Shown here: positions 30,442-40,218 of the stretch, one piece after another
Position numbering within the stretch: position 1 is the first letter of the stretch
How the letters are laid out: the number at the start of each line of letters is the position of its first letter
Source of the DNA: Minisyncoccota bacterium
GTDB taxonomy: Bacteria > Patescibacteriota > Minisyncoccia > Moranbacterales > UBA1568
Direction of reading: 5' to 3'
Length of the DNA stretch: 64,000 bases
Assembly (NCBI GenBank): GCA_051306005.1
Contig: JBPPMJ010000003.1
Span: 161,764-225,763, forward strand
The notes under the pieces: model-generated
What the model was told of the DNA's origin: nothing
Seen by the model: only the letters and a program-made list of their open reading frames with translations
Database searches by the model: none
Made by a program: the position numbers and the translations under genes

Positions 30442-31926
30442 ATGCAATATCAGGTCACGATCGGCATGGAAGTGCACGCAGAGTTAAAAACTCGATCCAA
30501 AATGTTTTGTGCGTGCAAGAATGGTTTGGGCATGGAAACAGAGCCAAACATGCATATTTGTCCAGTGTGTACGGCGCAACCCGGATCGTTACCGGTACCT
30601 AATCGTCAAGCAATTGAGATGGTTCAACGTGTCGGTTTGGCACTCGGTTGTACACTTCGTCTTTCGTCAAAATTTGATCGCAAGAACTATTTTTATCCAG
30701 ATATTCCCAAGGGGTATCAAATTTCTCAGTATGATGAACCATTTTGCGAGCATGGCGTTTTGAATATAGGGGGACAAAATTTCCGTGTGACACGCATCCA
30801 TTTGGAAGAAGACACCGGTAAATCAATACACCCGACAGGACAAGCCTATACGTTGGTGGATTTTAATCGTGCCGGTGTGCCACTTATGGAGCTGGTAACG
30901 GAACCAGATTTTTCAACCGGTAAGGACGCGCGTTTATTCTGTCAGAAATTACGTCAGATATTACGTTATCTGGATGTTTCCAATGCGGATATGGAAAAAG
31001 GTCAGATGCGTTGCGAAGTGAATATTTCTCTGTATCCCGAAGGGGCTGATCGTTTGTCTGGTACTAAAGTAGAAGTCAAGAATATCAATTCTTTCCGTTC
31101 AGTAGAACGAGCAATTGAATATGAAATTATTCGTCAAACTGGCGTATTGGAGGCAGGCGAACGGGTAGTGCAGGAAACGAGAGGATGGGATGAAGTCAAG
31201 AATATCACTGTTTCCCAACGCAAGAAAGAATCCGCACATGACTACCGTTATTTCCCAGAACCGGATATCCCACCATTTTTGTTTACATCCGAATATGAAG
31301 AGCGTTTGCGAGCTTCTTTACCAGAATTGCCCGATGCCAAATCTACGCGCTTTTTGAGAGAATATGCCTTGTCATCATCTGATGTAGCAATATTGACCGA
31401 GGACCATCTCCTGTCCGCGTATTTTGAGGCAGTAGCGAGTGAGTTAGCGGAAAAATCCGTTGCTCAAGAAATGCGGGCGCCACTTTCTCGGGCCATAAAA
31501 CTGGCAGTAAATTATCTCTTGACCGAACTTCGAAAATATTTGGCAGACAATGGACAACGCATCGGAGATCTTACCATTACACCGGAAAATTATGCAGAAT
31601 TCATCGGCATTGTAGCAGATGAGAAAATTAATTCCAGCGCCGCGCAAACGGTATTGGCTGAAATGTATCAAGGAGGTGACAATGACCCATCTCACATTAT
31701 CGAGCGATTGAACCTATCCCAAGTCAATGATAGTGTGGAACTTGAAAATGTGATTGAAAAAGTCCTTTCTGCTAACGTAAAATCAGTGAGTGATTATCAG
31801 GCTGGTAAGAGTAACGCATTGCAATTTTTGATGGGACAGGTGATGGTAATGACGAAAGGCAAAGCAAATCCGAAAATTGTAATAGAGATACTACACCGGA
31901 AATTGATGCTGAAAAATAAGGATTGA
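30442..31926 (+). CDS. gatB: Asp/Glu-tRNA amidotransferase subunit B
   Basis: 'YQVTIGMEVHAELKTRSKMFCAC' N-terminus, 494 aa, and a C-terminal GatB/YqeY domain. Confidence 0.95.
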   Translation: MQYQVTIGMEVHAELKTRSKMFCACKNGLGMETEPNMHICPVCTAQPGSLPVPNRQAIEMVQRVGLALGCTLRLSSKFDRKNYFYPDIPKGYQISQYDEPFCEHGVLNIGGQNFRVTRIHLEEDTGKSIHPTGQAYTLVDFNRAGVPLMELVTEPDFSTGKDARLFCQKLRQILRYLDVSNADMEKGQMRCEVNISLYPEGADRLSGTKVEVKNINSFRSVERAIEYEIIRQTGVLEAGERVVQETRGWDEVKNITVSQRKKESAHDYRYFPEPDIPPFLFTSEYEERLRASLPELPDAKSTRFLREYALSSSDVAILTEDHLLSAYFEAVASELAEKSVAQEMRAPLSRAIKLAVNYLLTELRKYLADNGQRIGDLTITPENYAEFIGIVADEKINSSAAQTVLAEMYQGGDNDPSHIIERLNLSQVNDSVELENVIEKVLSANVKSVSDYQAGKSNALQFLMGQVMVMTKGKANPKIVIEILHRKLMLKNKD

Positions 31927-31971
31927 TTTGTTTTTTGTCATATGGAGGTGTGTTTTTGAGAATAATTTTTT

Positions 31972-32886
31972 TTAGAAATTTTGTTTGACAATTTCTAACG
32001 CTTGATTGGTATCGGTTATCCAATGAATATTGACACCCATTTTTTCCCAGCGTTTGATCCATGTAATTTGACGTTTGGCATAGTGTTTGATAGCACGGAG
32101 TAGCTCTGTTTCTAGGGTATCGCGTGAGATTTTTTGTTGCAGGTATTGTGCGCCAAAACGATACTCAAGACCCAACTCCTCCAATCGTTCCCAAGTGACG
32201 CCAATTGTTTGTAGTTGTGCCACCTCTGCAAGCATGCCATCATCGAGTCTTTTAGTGAGACGTTTGGCGATGCGATCCGCGAGAATTGGTTGAGGGGGAT
32301 TGAGTGCTAAAATGAGAACAGATTGATTGATATTTGATGTGTTGTTATGCGCCAATGGTGGTGGAATATGCCCCAAAGCATCTTGTATTTCAAGCGCACG
32401 AATGAGTCGTACTTTGTTGTGTGCATCAATTGTTTGGGCGCGTTTTGCATTGAGAAGGGATAGCCTTTGAAAGAGCTCTGATGTTGAAAGTTGATTGAGT
32501 GTTTCTCGCAGTTTTGGATTAGGTGGTACAGATGGAAAAGCATGTTTTTCGAGGAGTGCCTGTATCCAAAACCCGGTTCCCCCACAGAGGATAGGGACTT
32601 TGTCCCGTGAACGAATGTCTTGTAGGATACGTTGCGCGTCTTGAATAAAGTGAGTGACATTATAGGAGTCATAAGGTTCTATGATACTCAAAAGATGATG
32701 AGGGACAATGGATTGTTCTTCAGGGGTGACCTTTCCTGTGCCGATATCCATGCCACGATAGATTTGTCGACTATCAGCAGAAATGATTTCACCATCGTAA
32801 CGTTGTGCGATGACAAGAGCAAGAGCAGATTTTCCTGATGCCGTCGGCCCGATAATGACGAGTACTTTTCGGTTTTTTGTTAACAT
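31972..32886 (-). CDS. miaA: tRNA dimethylallyltransferase MiaA
   Basis: P-loop 'VIIGPTASGKSALA' and 'DSRQIYRGMDIGTGK'. Start is placed at the internal ATG that gives a canonical N-terminus. Confidence 0.9.
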   Translation of the reverse strand: MLTKNRKVLVIIGPTASGKSALALVIAQRYDGEIISADSRQIYRGMDIGTGKVTPEEQSIVPHHLLSIIEPYDSYNVTHFIQDAQRILQDIRSRDKVPILCGGTGFWIQALLEKHAFPSVPPNPKLRETLNQLSTSELFQRLSLLNAKRAQTIDAHNKVRLIRALEIQDALGHIPPPLAHNNTSNINQSVLILALNPPQPILADRIAKRLTKRLDDGMLAEVAQLQTIGVTWERLEELGLEYRFGAQYLQQKISRDTLETELLRAIKHYAKRQITWIKRWEKMGVNIHWITDTNQALEIVKQNF

Positions 32887-32917
32887 AATGTAGAAACGTG
32901 AAAGAAGCATTATAAAA

Positions 32918-35900
32918 TCAGACAACAGAATCTATGCCTTCGATACTTTTGATTTGCGCGATCTGTTTTTCGGTTGGTGCCAGTGAGAAGGGTGTTTCTA
33001 GTGTGGTGTTTTGAATGCGTACGGAAACTTTGCGTGATCCTTGTGGTAGTGTTTTCAGGAATTGCGAAAGATGTTCAATGGTGCGTGTAGGCGCATCATG
33101 ACGAATGGTCACGACAAGATGTGACGCCGTATAAATGTTTGGTGTTGATGTGTTATGAGAAGTGTGTGCGGTATATTGTTGACGAGTCACTTCCGCCCGT
33201 GCAAATTGATGTAATGTTTGGGGTGATATTTTTTCTAATCCTTCGGCAAGACACTTGAGTACGCCATCTTTGTGTGAGACACGCGCATTGACCAAGACTA
33301 TTTCATCCTCAATCCATAACTCACCAGTGCGTTCTGCTGTTTTACCAAAGACCAATAATTCAATACGACCTGTCATATCTTCTAAATTAACAAAGTACAT
33401 GATGCTTTGATTTTTGGTAATGACTTTGCGTACGCTCGCAATAATACCACCAAGCCGAACAGTTGCATTTTCTGGTTGTTTGTCGAGAGTATGAATGGGC
33501 GTCGTTATTTTTTGAAAATATTCTTGATACTCTGCCACAGGATGACCACTGACATAGAGCCCGAGTAATTCTTTTTCCCATCCAAGAGTTATCTTTTTTG
33601 TAGCTGGAATAGCTGGAACAAGCGTAATTTTTCCCGTCACGATAGTCAAATCACCAAAGAGACTATTTTGATGAGTTTCTGCAATTGATTTCAGGTTTTT
33701 GGAAAATTGGAGAATAGCATCTATACTGGCAAGGAGTTGGTTGCGTTCACCGAAGCCATCCAAAGCGCCGACCTTGATTAGGGCCTCCAGAGATTTTTTG
33801 TTCAAATCTTTGGTGTGCACGCGTTCGATGAATTGTTCCAAATTTGCATAGGGGCCACCACGTTTTCGTTCTGTGACAATATTCTTAGCAACAAGGTACC
33901 CCACATTTTTGATGGCATTAAGGCCAAAGCGGATATGAGTGTCGGTAGGTCCTTGGATGACTGAAAATTCCTCGAAACTGGTATTGATTGATGGAGGGAG
34001 CACTTCAGTCCCCATTTCTCTGGCCTCGCGGACTTCGATAGCAATTCTGTCGATATTGTCCTGATCAGATGTTAAGAGAGCTGCCATAAATGCGACAGGA
34101 TAATGTGCTTTGAGATAGGCGGTCTGATATCCGACCAAAGCATAGCAGGCCGCATGTGAACGATTGAAGCCATACCCGGCGAATGGTTCGATAAATGCGA
34201 ACACTTTTTTTCCAACCGCTTTCCCGACACCGGTTTTTTCACATCCATCAATGAATTTTTCCCGTTGCTCAGCGACGAGTTCTTTAATTTTTTTCCCCAC
34301 TGCTTTACGTAATACGTCGGCTTCTCCGAGACTAAAACCAGCCAAATCTCGTGCAATCTGCATCAATTGTTCCTGATAGACGGCAACACCATATGTGTTT
34401 TCGAGAATTGGCTCAAGAATCGGATGTAGATACTTGATTTTTTTGGTACCACGTTTGCCAGCGATGAAATCGGGAATATATTCCATCGGTCCTGGACGAT
34501 AGAGGGCGACCATTGCGATGATATCTTCAAAGACGGTCGGTTTCAATTGTTTGAGATAACGTTTCATACCAGAACTTTCCAATTGAAATACACCTGTGGT
34601 ATGGGCATCTTGGAGCAGTTGAAACGTCAGCGCATCATCGAGAGGTATCTTTTCAATATCAATGATGACATCGTGTGTTTTCCGAACAATTCGTAGAGTA
34701 TTTTGGATAATGGTCAGGTTTTTCAGACCAAGAAAATCCATTTTTAAGAGGCCGATTTTTTCGATAGCATTCATTTTAGTGGACGCCGGATATTGCGTGA
34801 CTACGCCTTGGCGACTTCCAGAGATATTTTGTAATGGAGTGTATTCTGTGACTGGCTCCTTGGTAATCACAACACCACAGGCGTGCATAGAAGCATGACG
34901 CGCAAGCCCTTCGACTTTGAGCGCCACATCAATCAGTTTCTTAGCATCCGCATCGTCTGCGTACCATTGTTTGAATTCCTGAACTTCGTTCAAAGCCTTT
35001 TGAATCGATGTGAACATGGGGATCATTTTTGAAGTTTTGTCGCACAGGCTATACGGATATCCGAGCGCACGGCCAACATCTCGAATCGCTGCACGGGCTG
35101 CCATGGTGCCAAAAGTGATGATTTGCGCCACATGATCATTGCCATATTTTTCTCGGACATAATTGAGTACGTCATCACGTCGATTGTCCGCGAAGTCCAT
35201 ATCCACATCGGGCATCGAGATACGTTCAGGATTGAGAAAACGTTCGAAGAGGAGTTTGTATTTTATGGGATCCAAATCGGTGATGCCGGTAAGATAAGAG
35301 ACGAAACTTCCGGCTGCCGATCCTCGTCCCGGACCAACCACCACGCCATTATTTTTTGCCCAATTAACGAAATCTTGCACAATGAGAAAATATGACGCAA
35401 AACCGGTTTTTTCAATAACACCCAATTCATAGTCCATGCGCGCTTGTTGTTCGGAGGTGATGCTTGTTTGTGGAAAACGTTTGGTAAGCCCCACTTTACA
35501 GAGATCACGCAAGAGTGTGTCCGCCGTTTTTCCCACAGGTAGAGGGAATTCTGGCAGGTGATTCTCTCCCATGTGAATGGTCAGTTGTATTCGTTCAGCA
35601 ATTTTTTGAGTATTCGTGATAGCTTCAGGCACGTTTTTGAAAATTTCACTCATTTCTTCTTCCGAACGAAGAGACAGATCCAGGGTCATCATACTGAAAC
35701 GTTCATGATCCGAGACTTTTTTGTTGTCACGGATACAGAGGAGGATGTCTTGAATGGGAGCATGTTCTTTTTTGATATAATGTACATCGGAAGTAGCTAC
35801 CAACGGGATACCTGTTTCGCGGCTGATTTGGATAAGCCCTTGATTGGCGATCATCTGATTTTCATAAGCGATATTTGGCCCGAGCTCAAGATAGAAATTA

Positions 35901-36400
35901 TTTTTCCCAAAAATGGTTTGATATTCTCGAGCTACCGCCTTGGCACGCTCATAGTTTCCGTAGATAATTTCAGAGGGTATTTCTCCTTGCAGGGATCCAG
36001 AGAGAGCAATCAATCCTTCACTGTATTTTTGAAGGAGTTCTTTGTCGGTACGCGCCTTATAATAAAAGCCGTCCAATTGCGCGACGGAAATAATTTTCAT
36101 GAGATTTTTGTACCCTACTTCATTTTGTGCGAGTAGTACAATCTGATGCCGGCGTCTGTCTTCGGCAGTATTGTTTTTGCTGGTCAGATCTTTACAGACA
36201 AGCATTTCCGCGCCGAGAATAGGCTTGATGCCAAATTCTTTGGCTTTACTATAAAACTCAATTGCGCCATAGAGTGCGCTTGTGTCAGTGAGTGCGAGAG
36301 AAGTCATGCCAAATTCTTTGGCCTGCACCAAAAGCTCCTCAATTTTTGGGAGAGCAGTTAAGAGGCTGTAGTGAGAGTGGACGTGAAGGTGGGTGAACAT
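32918..36400 (-). CDS. dnaE: DNA polymerase III alpha subunit DnaE
   Basis: PHP domain 'FTHLHVHSHYSLL', polymerase core, an OB fold and 1160 aa length. Confidence 0.95.
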   Translation of the reverse strand: MFTHLHVHSHYSLLTALPKIEELLVQAKEFGMTSLALTDTSALYGAIEFYSKAKEFGIKPILGAEMLVCKDLTSKNNTAEDRRRHQIVLLAQNEVGYKNLMKIISVAQLDGFYYKARTDKELLQKYSEGLIALSGSLQGEIPSEIIYGNYERAKAVAREYQTIFGKNNFYLELGPNIAYENQMIANQGLIQISRETGIPLVATSDVHYIKKEHAPIQDILLCIRDNKKVSDHERFSMMTLDLSLRSEEEMSEIFKNVPEAITNTQKIAERIQLTIHMGENHLPEFPLPVGKTADTLLRDLCKVGLTKRFPQTSITSEQQARMDYELGVIEKTGFASYFLIVQDFVNWAKNNGVVVGPGRGSAAGSFVSYLTGITDLDPIKYKLLFERFLNPERISMPDVDMDFADNRRDDVLNYVREKYGNDHVAQIITFGTMAARAAIRDVGRALGYPYSLCDKTSKMIPMFTSIQKALNEVQEFKQWYADDADAKKLIDVALKVEGLARHASMHACGVVITKEPVTEYTPLQNISGSRQGVVTQYPASTKMNAIEKIGLLKMDFLGLKNLTIIQNTLRIVRKTHDVIIDIEKIPLDDALTFQLLQDAHTTGVFQLESSGMKRYLKQLKPTVFEDIIAMVALYRPGPMEYIPDFIAGKRGTKKIKYLHPILEPILENTYGVAVYQEQLMQIARDLAGFSLGEADVLRKAVGKKIKELVAEQREKFIDGCEKTGVGKAVGKKVFAFIEPFAGYGFNRSHAACYALVGYQTAYLKAHYPVAFMAALLTSDQDNIDRIAIEVREAREMGTEVLPPSINTSFEEFSVIQGPTDTHIRFGLNAIKNVGYLVAKNIVTERKRGGPYANLEQFIERVHTKDLNKKSLEALIKVGALDGFGERNQLLASIDAILQFSKNLKSIAETHQNSLFGDLTIVTGKITLVPAIPATKKITLGWEKELLGLYVSGHPVAEYQEYFQKITTPIHTLDKQPENATVRLGGIIASVRKVITKNQSIMYFVNLEDMTGRIELLVFGKTAERTGELWIEDEIVLVNARVSHKDGVLKCLAEGLEKISPQTLHQFARAEVTRQQYTAHTSHNTSTPNIYTASHLVVTIRHDAPTRTIEHLSQFLKTLPQGSRKVSVRIQNTTLETPFSLAPTEKQIAQIKSIEGIDSVV

Positions 36401-36446
36401 GATTTGTGAGTGTTACAACCTAAATTGCAAATGCCATATTCATCTC

Positions 36447-36479
36447 AAAAATCTAAAAGAAAAACCGCATGAGAAGCGG
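36447..36479 (-). terminator. orphan intrinsic terminator (minus strand) downstream of the decayed gene
   Basis: On the minus strand, the CCGCTTCTCATGCGG hairpin is followed by TTTTTCTTTTAGATTTTT. Confidence 0.5.
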
Positions 36480-36637
36480 AGTTGATGACGTGAGATTTGA
36501 CATAATTATGTGTTCCTTCATAGTTCAGGATATACCGTCGGATTTTGCAGGGAAATTTATGATCTTATTGCTAGTATAGCAGAAAAAAAAGATCCATTCC
36601 ATAACAGTGTCATGGAAGAGAATATGACTGGATCATC

Positions 36638-37140
36638 TTACTGCATGTGTTGACTGACTTTGCGTCGCAATTGGCTGAGGACATTTGCTTGTCCAGTCCA
36701 ACCATATTCTCGCGATATCGCCAGAATATGTTCCGGTAAGAGTTCCAGAGAAACGGATACTTCCGCTGGTGTTTTACTGAGTATCTGCAGTTGTTCCCCT
36801 AAACGAGTAGGCCTCCCATCAAAAAACTGCAGGAACTCTTCGTAATCTCTGGCCCGAATATCGATCGTTTTGACACGTCCACTATCAACGGGTTTTTCCA
36901 GGGGTTGATCGCTATCAGGACATCCACGTATCTACACAGAGTAGATCGGAAACAACATGAAACCGCCATCAGGATAGTAACAATCCACGCCAATGACATT
37001 TGGTAGGAATCCGTAGCTACGCGAACGTTTACGGGCATCTATGCCAAAAAGAAATAGATCCACCATAAAGCCTCGTCTCGCCAGCCTCATTCCACGAGTA
37101 TTTTTATTGATGCTCTCAATGAAGAACGTCAGGATCCTTC
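36638..37140 (-). pseudogene. frameshifted, decayed gene remnants of unknown function
   Basis: Three partially overlapping reading-frame fragments on the minus strand are separated by frameshifts or stops. The most N-terminal frame contains '...GFMVDLFLFGIDARKRSRSYGF...', which loosely resembles a GIY-YIG motif. The next frame contains 'VDVLIAINPWKNPLIVDVSKRS'. The last frame reads 'IDIRARDYEEFLQFFDGRPTRLGEQLQILSKTPAEVSVSLELLPEHILAISREYGWTGQANVLSQLRRKVSQHMQ*'. There is no intact ORF. Confidence 0.5.
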
Positions 37141-37709
37141 AAAAACCGTTACTGGTATTTGGGCATCAGTAATTTTTTTCAATGACCATCCGCGGATGGG
37201 ACTGATTTTAATAATGCATCAAATTTTGCCTTGCGAGCGATCTCCCGCGCTCTTTTTGGCCCAAAAATGGATTTTGTGGTAGTAAGGAGAGATTTGATAT
37301 GACTATTGCGCGCGTCGGGATATCATCTGATTTGTTGAAAGAACACATATCGAGACAATATCTCGACATTTCATAATACACTCTTTTTACAGAAATTTCA
37401 ATGCATTATAATGTTGGTGAATCCTGAACCCATTGTCTCATCGTCTCTTTTTGGAGTAGGATGGTATCATACGCTTTCTTGCTTCTATGATGTGTATGCG
37501 TCCTGACAGAAAGGAGAAGTTATGAACAAGCACATTCTGGAATACTTGCAAGGAGTCATTTTGATGTTATCCCGGGTGCAGAAGTATACGTCGTAATATG
37601 AAAAATTCAGTAACCGGCTGAAAAAAGCATTTCACTACTTAACGCAGAATGAAGTCTTCGTTACTGTATTAAATAAAGGACATTAAATTTTAGAATTTTT
37701 GCCTGCGTT

Positions 37710-38429
37710 ATGCAAGAAACAACGTTTAAGAAAGAGTTGAGTCTGCTGAATGGAACACCTGTTTTTATTGTGGGCGTGGATGAGGTGGGGCGGGGGCCAT
37801 TGGCAGGACCAGTCGTGGCTACTGCGGCCTGCTATAAAGATGCGGGTTTCCATATTCCAGAAGGACTGGAGAAAGAATTTTCGCTTATCCGTGATTCCAA
37901 GAAACTTTCAGAGAAACAGCGTGAGAGAATATTTGGAATAATTTTGAAATATTTTTACACGGGTATCGGTATTGTTAATGCCGAAACAATTGATCGAGTA
38001 AATATTTTACAGGCGACATTCTTGGCGATGAAAAGCGCTGTCACGACATTGAAAAAACAGATGAAGCAAAACCAAGAGGCATTGACGAATGAGGAATTGT
38101 TACTTCTTGTGGATGGTAATCAAGAAATACCACATTGTTCGTATAGACAGGAATCCGTTGTTGGCGGAGATAGTATTGTGAAGTCTATCGCGGCGGCATC
38201 TATCGTTGCGAAAGTGACTCGAGATCAAATGATGGATGCGTACGACAAGCAATACCCTGGATATGGTTTTGTCCAGCATAAAGGGTATGGAACAGTGATG
38301 CATATGAATGCGTTACGTCGTTTGGGACCATCACCCATTCACCGTCTTTCATTTCGTCCTGTGTTACTTGCTTTACCCGAAAATGTTAATAAACGGTTTG
38401 CGAATGTGCTCCATCCAAAAAAACGTTGA
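37710..38429 (+). CDS. rnhB: ribonuclease HII
   Basis: 'VGVDEVGRGPLAGPVVAAA' with the catalytic DEDD context. 239 aa. Confidence 0.9.
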   Translation: MQETTFKKELSLLNGTPVFIVGVDEVGRGPLAGPVVATAACYKDAGFHIPEGLEKEFSLIRDSKKLSEKQRERIFGIILKYFYTGIGIVNAETIDRVNILQATFLAMKSAVTTLKKQMKQNQEALTNEELLLLVDGNQEIPHCSYRQESVVGGDSIVKSIAAASIVAKVTRDQMMDAYDKQYPGYGFVQHKGYGTVMHMNALRRLGPSPIHRLSFRPVLLALPENVNKRFANVLHPKKR

Positions 38430-38604
38430 TCTAGGTGGTTTCAAACTTCTAACATAACGAGTTGATGAATCACTTCACCCGGTTTTATATAATTTGGCAC
38501 AGCTCTTGGTCTATCATTCAATTGTCGTTGTACTCGTTTTAATTCACGTGACGGAACCTTGTCAGATTCCGTGTCTTAATGAAACGAGTATTTTGTGGCA
38601 TATC

Positions 38605-38633
38605 TTGTCAAAAATGAGATAGGGTGTTAAAGT
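38605..38633 (+). promoter_or_regulatory. sigma70-like promoter TTGTCA-17-TAAAGT upstream of rpmF
   Basis: The hexamers and spacing are read from the sequence, 27 nt upstream of the rpmF ATG. Confidence 0.45.
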
Positions 38634-38659
38634 ATCAATGTTAATAATTTTGTACTGAT

Positions 38660-38869
38660 ATGGCAAATCCAAAGCAAAGACATACGAGGCATCGTCGCGA
38701 TCGGGCGCGCAAACAGTATGATGTAGCCCTGGTTAATACGACTGAATGTCCGCAATGCAAGGCTCAAAAATTAGCACATCGTGTGTGCCCAACGTGTGGT
38801 ATCTACAAGGGTATGCAAATGGTTGATACTGCCCCCAAGCTCAAAAATTCCCAAAAAACCGTCAAATAG
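38660..38869 (+). CDS. rpmF: 50S ribosomal protein L32 (zinc-ribbon form)
   Basis: '[19 protein letters not shown]' N-terminus and a CPQC...CPTCG zinc ribbon. Confidence 0.9.
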   Translation: MANPKQRHTRHRRDRARKQYDVALVNTTECPQCKAQKLAHRVCPTCGIYKGMQMVDTAPKLKNSQKTVK

Positions 38870-38922
38870 AAAGGTTGTTCTTATCTATTTCGTCCAAACT
38901 TTTCTTTGCTGAAAAAAACAAA

Positions 38923-39489
38923 ATGGCAAATAGGCATCTTCAAAGATCAATAGCGATGCAATCTCTCTTCGAGTGGGATTTTCATGGTCAGCATGATGAG
39001 CATTCTCGCGCCATGTTGAAGCGCAATATTCGAGAATTTGCACCTGGTCTTGATGATATGGTTTTTGCGAGTCATTTGTTGGAAGGGACTTTACGAGAAC
39101 GTAAGACCATCGATCGCTTGATTGAAAAATGTGCACCAGAATGGCCGTTGGATCAGGTGACGTTGGTGGATCGCAATATTTTGCGTCTTGGTATCTATGA
39201 GTTGATGTTTGGTAGTTATGATGAAGTACCGCCGAAAGTCGCTATTAATGAGGCCATTGAACTTGCGAAAACGTTTGGAAGTGACAGTAGTCCGCGTTTC
39301 GTAAATGGAGTCTTGGGGACGATTTATCGTGAAATGGGGGAACCGATGAAGAACGATATTTCCCAAAATCACCAGCATAATCTTGCGATAACCGCACAAC
39401 ACACAAAAGAGGCTCATGCAATCGTACAACAACGCACGCAACAAAAAATGACGAAAAAAACCGCTGTTTTAAACGAAAAAAATATCTAA
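38923..39489 (+). CDS. nusB: transcription antitermination factor NusB, with an extended basic C-terminal tail
   Basis: '[19 protein letters not shown]' is the NusB N-terminus. About 188 aa, versus about 140 for typical NusB. Confidence 0.8.
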   Translation: MANRHLQRSIAMQSLFEWDFHGQHDEHSRAMLKRNIREFAPGLDDMVFASHLLEGTLRERKTIDRLIEKCAPEWPLDQVTLVDRNILRLGIYELMFGSYDEVPPKVAINEAIELAKTFGSDSSPRFVNGVLGTIYREMGEPMKNDISQNHQHNLAITAQHTKEAHAIVQQRTQQKMTKKTAVLNEKNI

Positions 39490-39518
39490 ATTACGCATTG
39501 TATCGATATTAAATTTCT

Positions 39519-40208
39519 ATGATTGATATAGATCAACTGCAAATCAAACTTGGGATTACTATTCAAAATCCAGATTTATTTCACGAAGCCCTGACGCACC
39601 GATCATATTTGAATGAACACAAGGGTTATCCCTATTCTCATAACGAACGTCTGGAATTTTTGGGGGATGCGGTATTGGAGTTGATTGTAACTCGTTACCT
39701 TTTTGATCATTTTGATAATCCAGAAGGGGAGTTGACGAATTTTCGTGCTGCTTTGGTTAATGGCGAGATGCTTGGTATTATCGGACGCGAAATCGGGTTA
39801 CAGGATTTCTTATTAATGAGCCGTGGAGAAGCCAAGGATACGGGTCGCGCGCGTGGATACTTGATTGCCAATGCGATGGAATCAGTCATTGGTGCCATTT
39901 ATTTGGATCAAGAATATGATATGGCCCGGGATTTCGTCGAACGCTTTGTGCTGGTACGTCTGGATAGTGTCTTGACACAGGGACTTCATACTGATCCCAA
40001 AAGCCGTTTTCAGGAATTGGCACAGGAAAAAACCGGCATAACTCCAAGTTATCGAGTTTTGAAGGAATGGGGGCCCGACCATGATCGTCACTTTATCGCT
40101 GGCGTTTTTTTGGATGCAGAATTGATTGCCGAAGGTGAAGGGGCAGCGAAACAAGAGGCGCAGCGTGAAGCAGCCAAGCAGGCGCTTCTTAAAAAAGAGT
40201 GGGAATAA
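39519..40208 (+). CDS. rnc: ribonuclease III
   Basis: RNase III signature 'ERLEFLGDAVLEL' plus a C-terminal dsRBD. Confidence 0.95.
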   Translation: MIDIDQLQIKLGITIQNPDLFHEALTHRSYLNEHKGYPYSHNERLEFLGDAVLELIVTRYLFDHFDNPEGELTNFRAALVNGEMLGIIGREIGLQDFLLMSRGEAKDTGRARGYLIANAMESVIGAIYLDQEYDMARDFVERFVLVRLDSVLTQGLHTDPKSRFQELAQEKTGITPSYRVLKEWGPDHDRHFIAGVFLDAELIAEGEGAAKQEAQREAAKQALLKKEWE

Positions 40209-40218
40209 AGGTTTTTCT

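Noticed and set aside
36660-37038. Two small ORFs from the six-frame track (36660-36845 plus strand, 36799-37038 minus strand) in the dnaE-rnhB gap
   Set aside because: Neither has start or RBS support. The minus-strand one is a fragment of the frameshifted pseudogene, and the plus-strand one shows no protein-like composition.
38531-38600. Imperfect long-range inverted repeat (TACTCGTTT ... AAACGAGTA) between rnhB and rpmF
   Set aside because: It is imperfect with a large loop. Without covariation evidence I cannot call a structured RNA.
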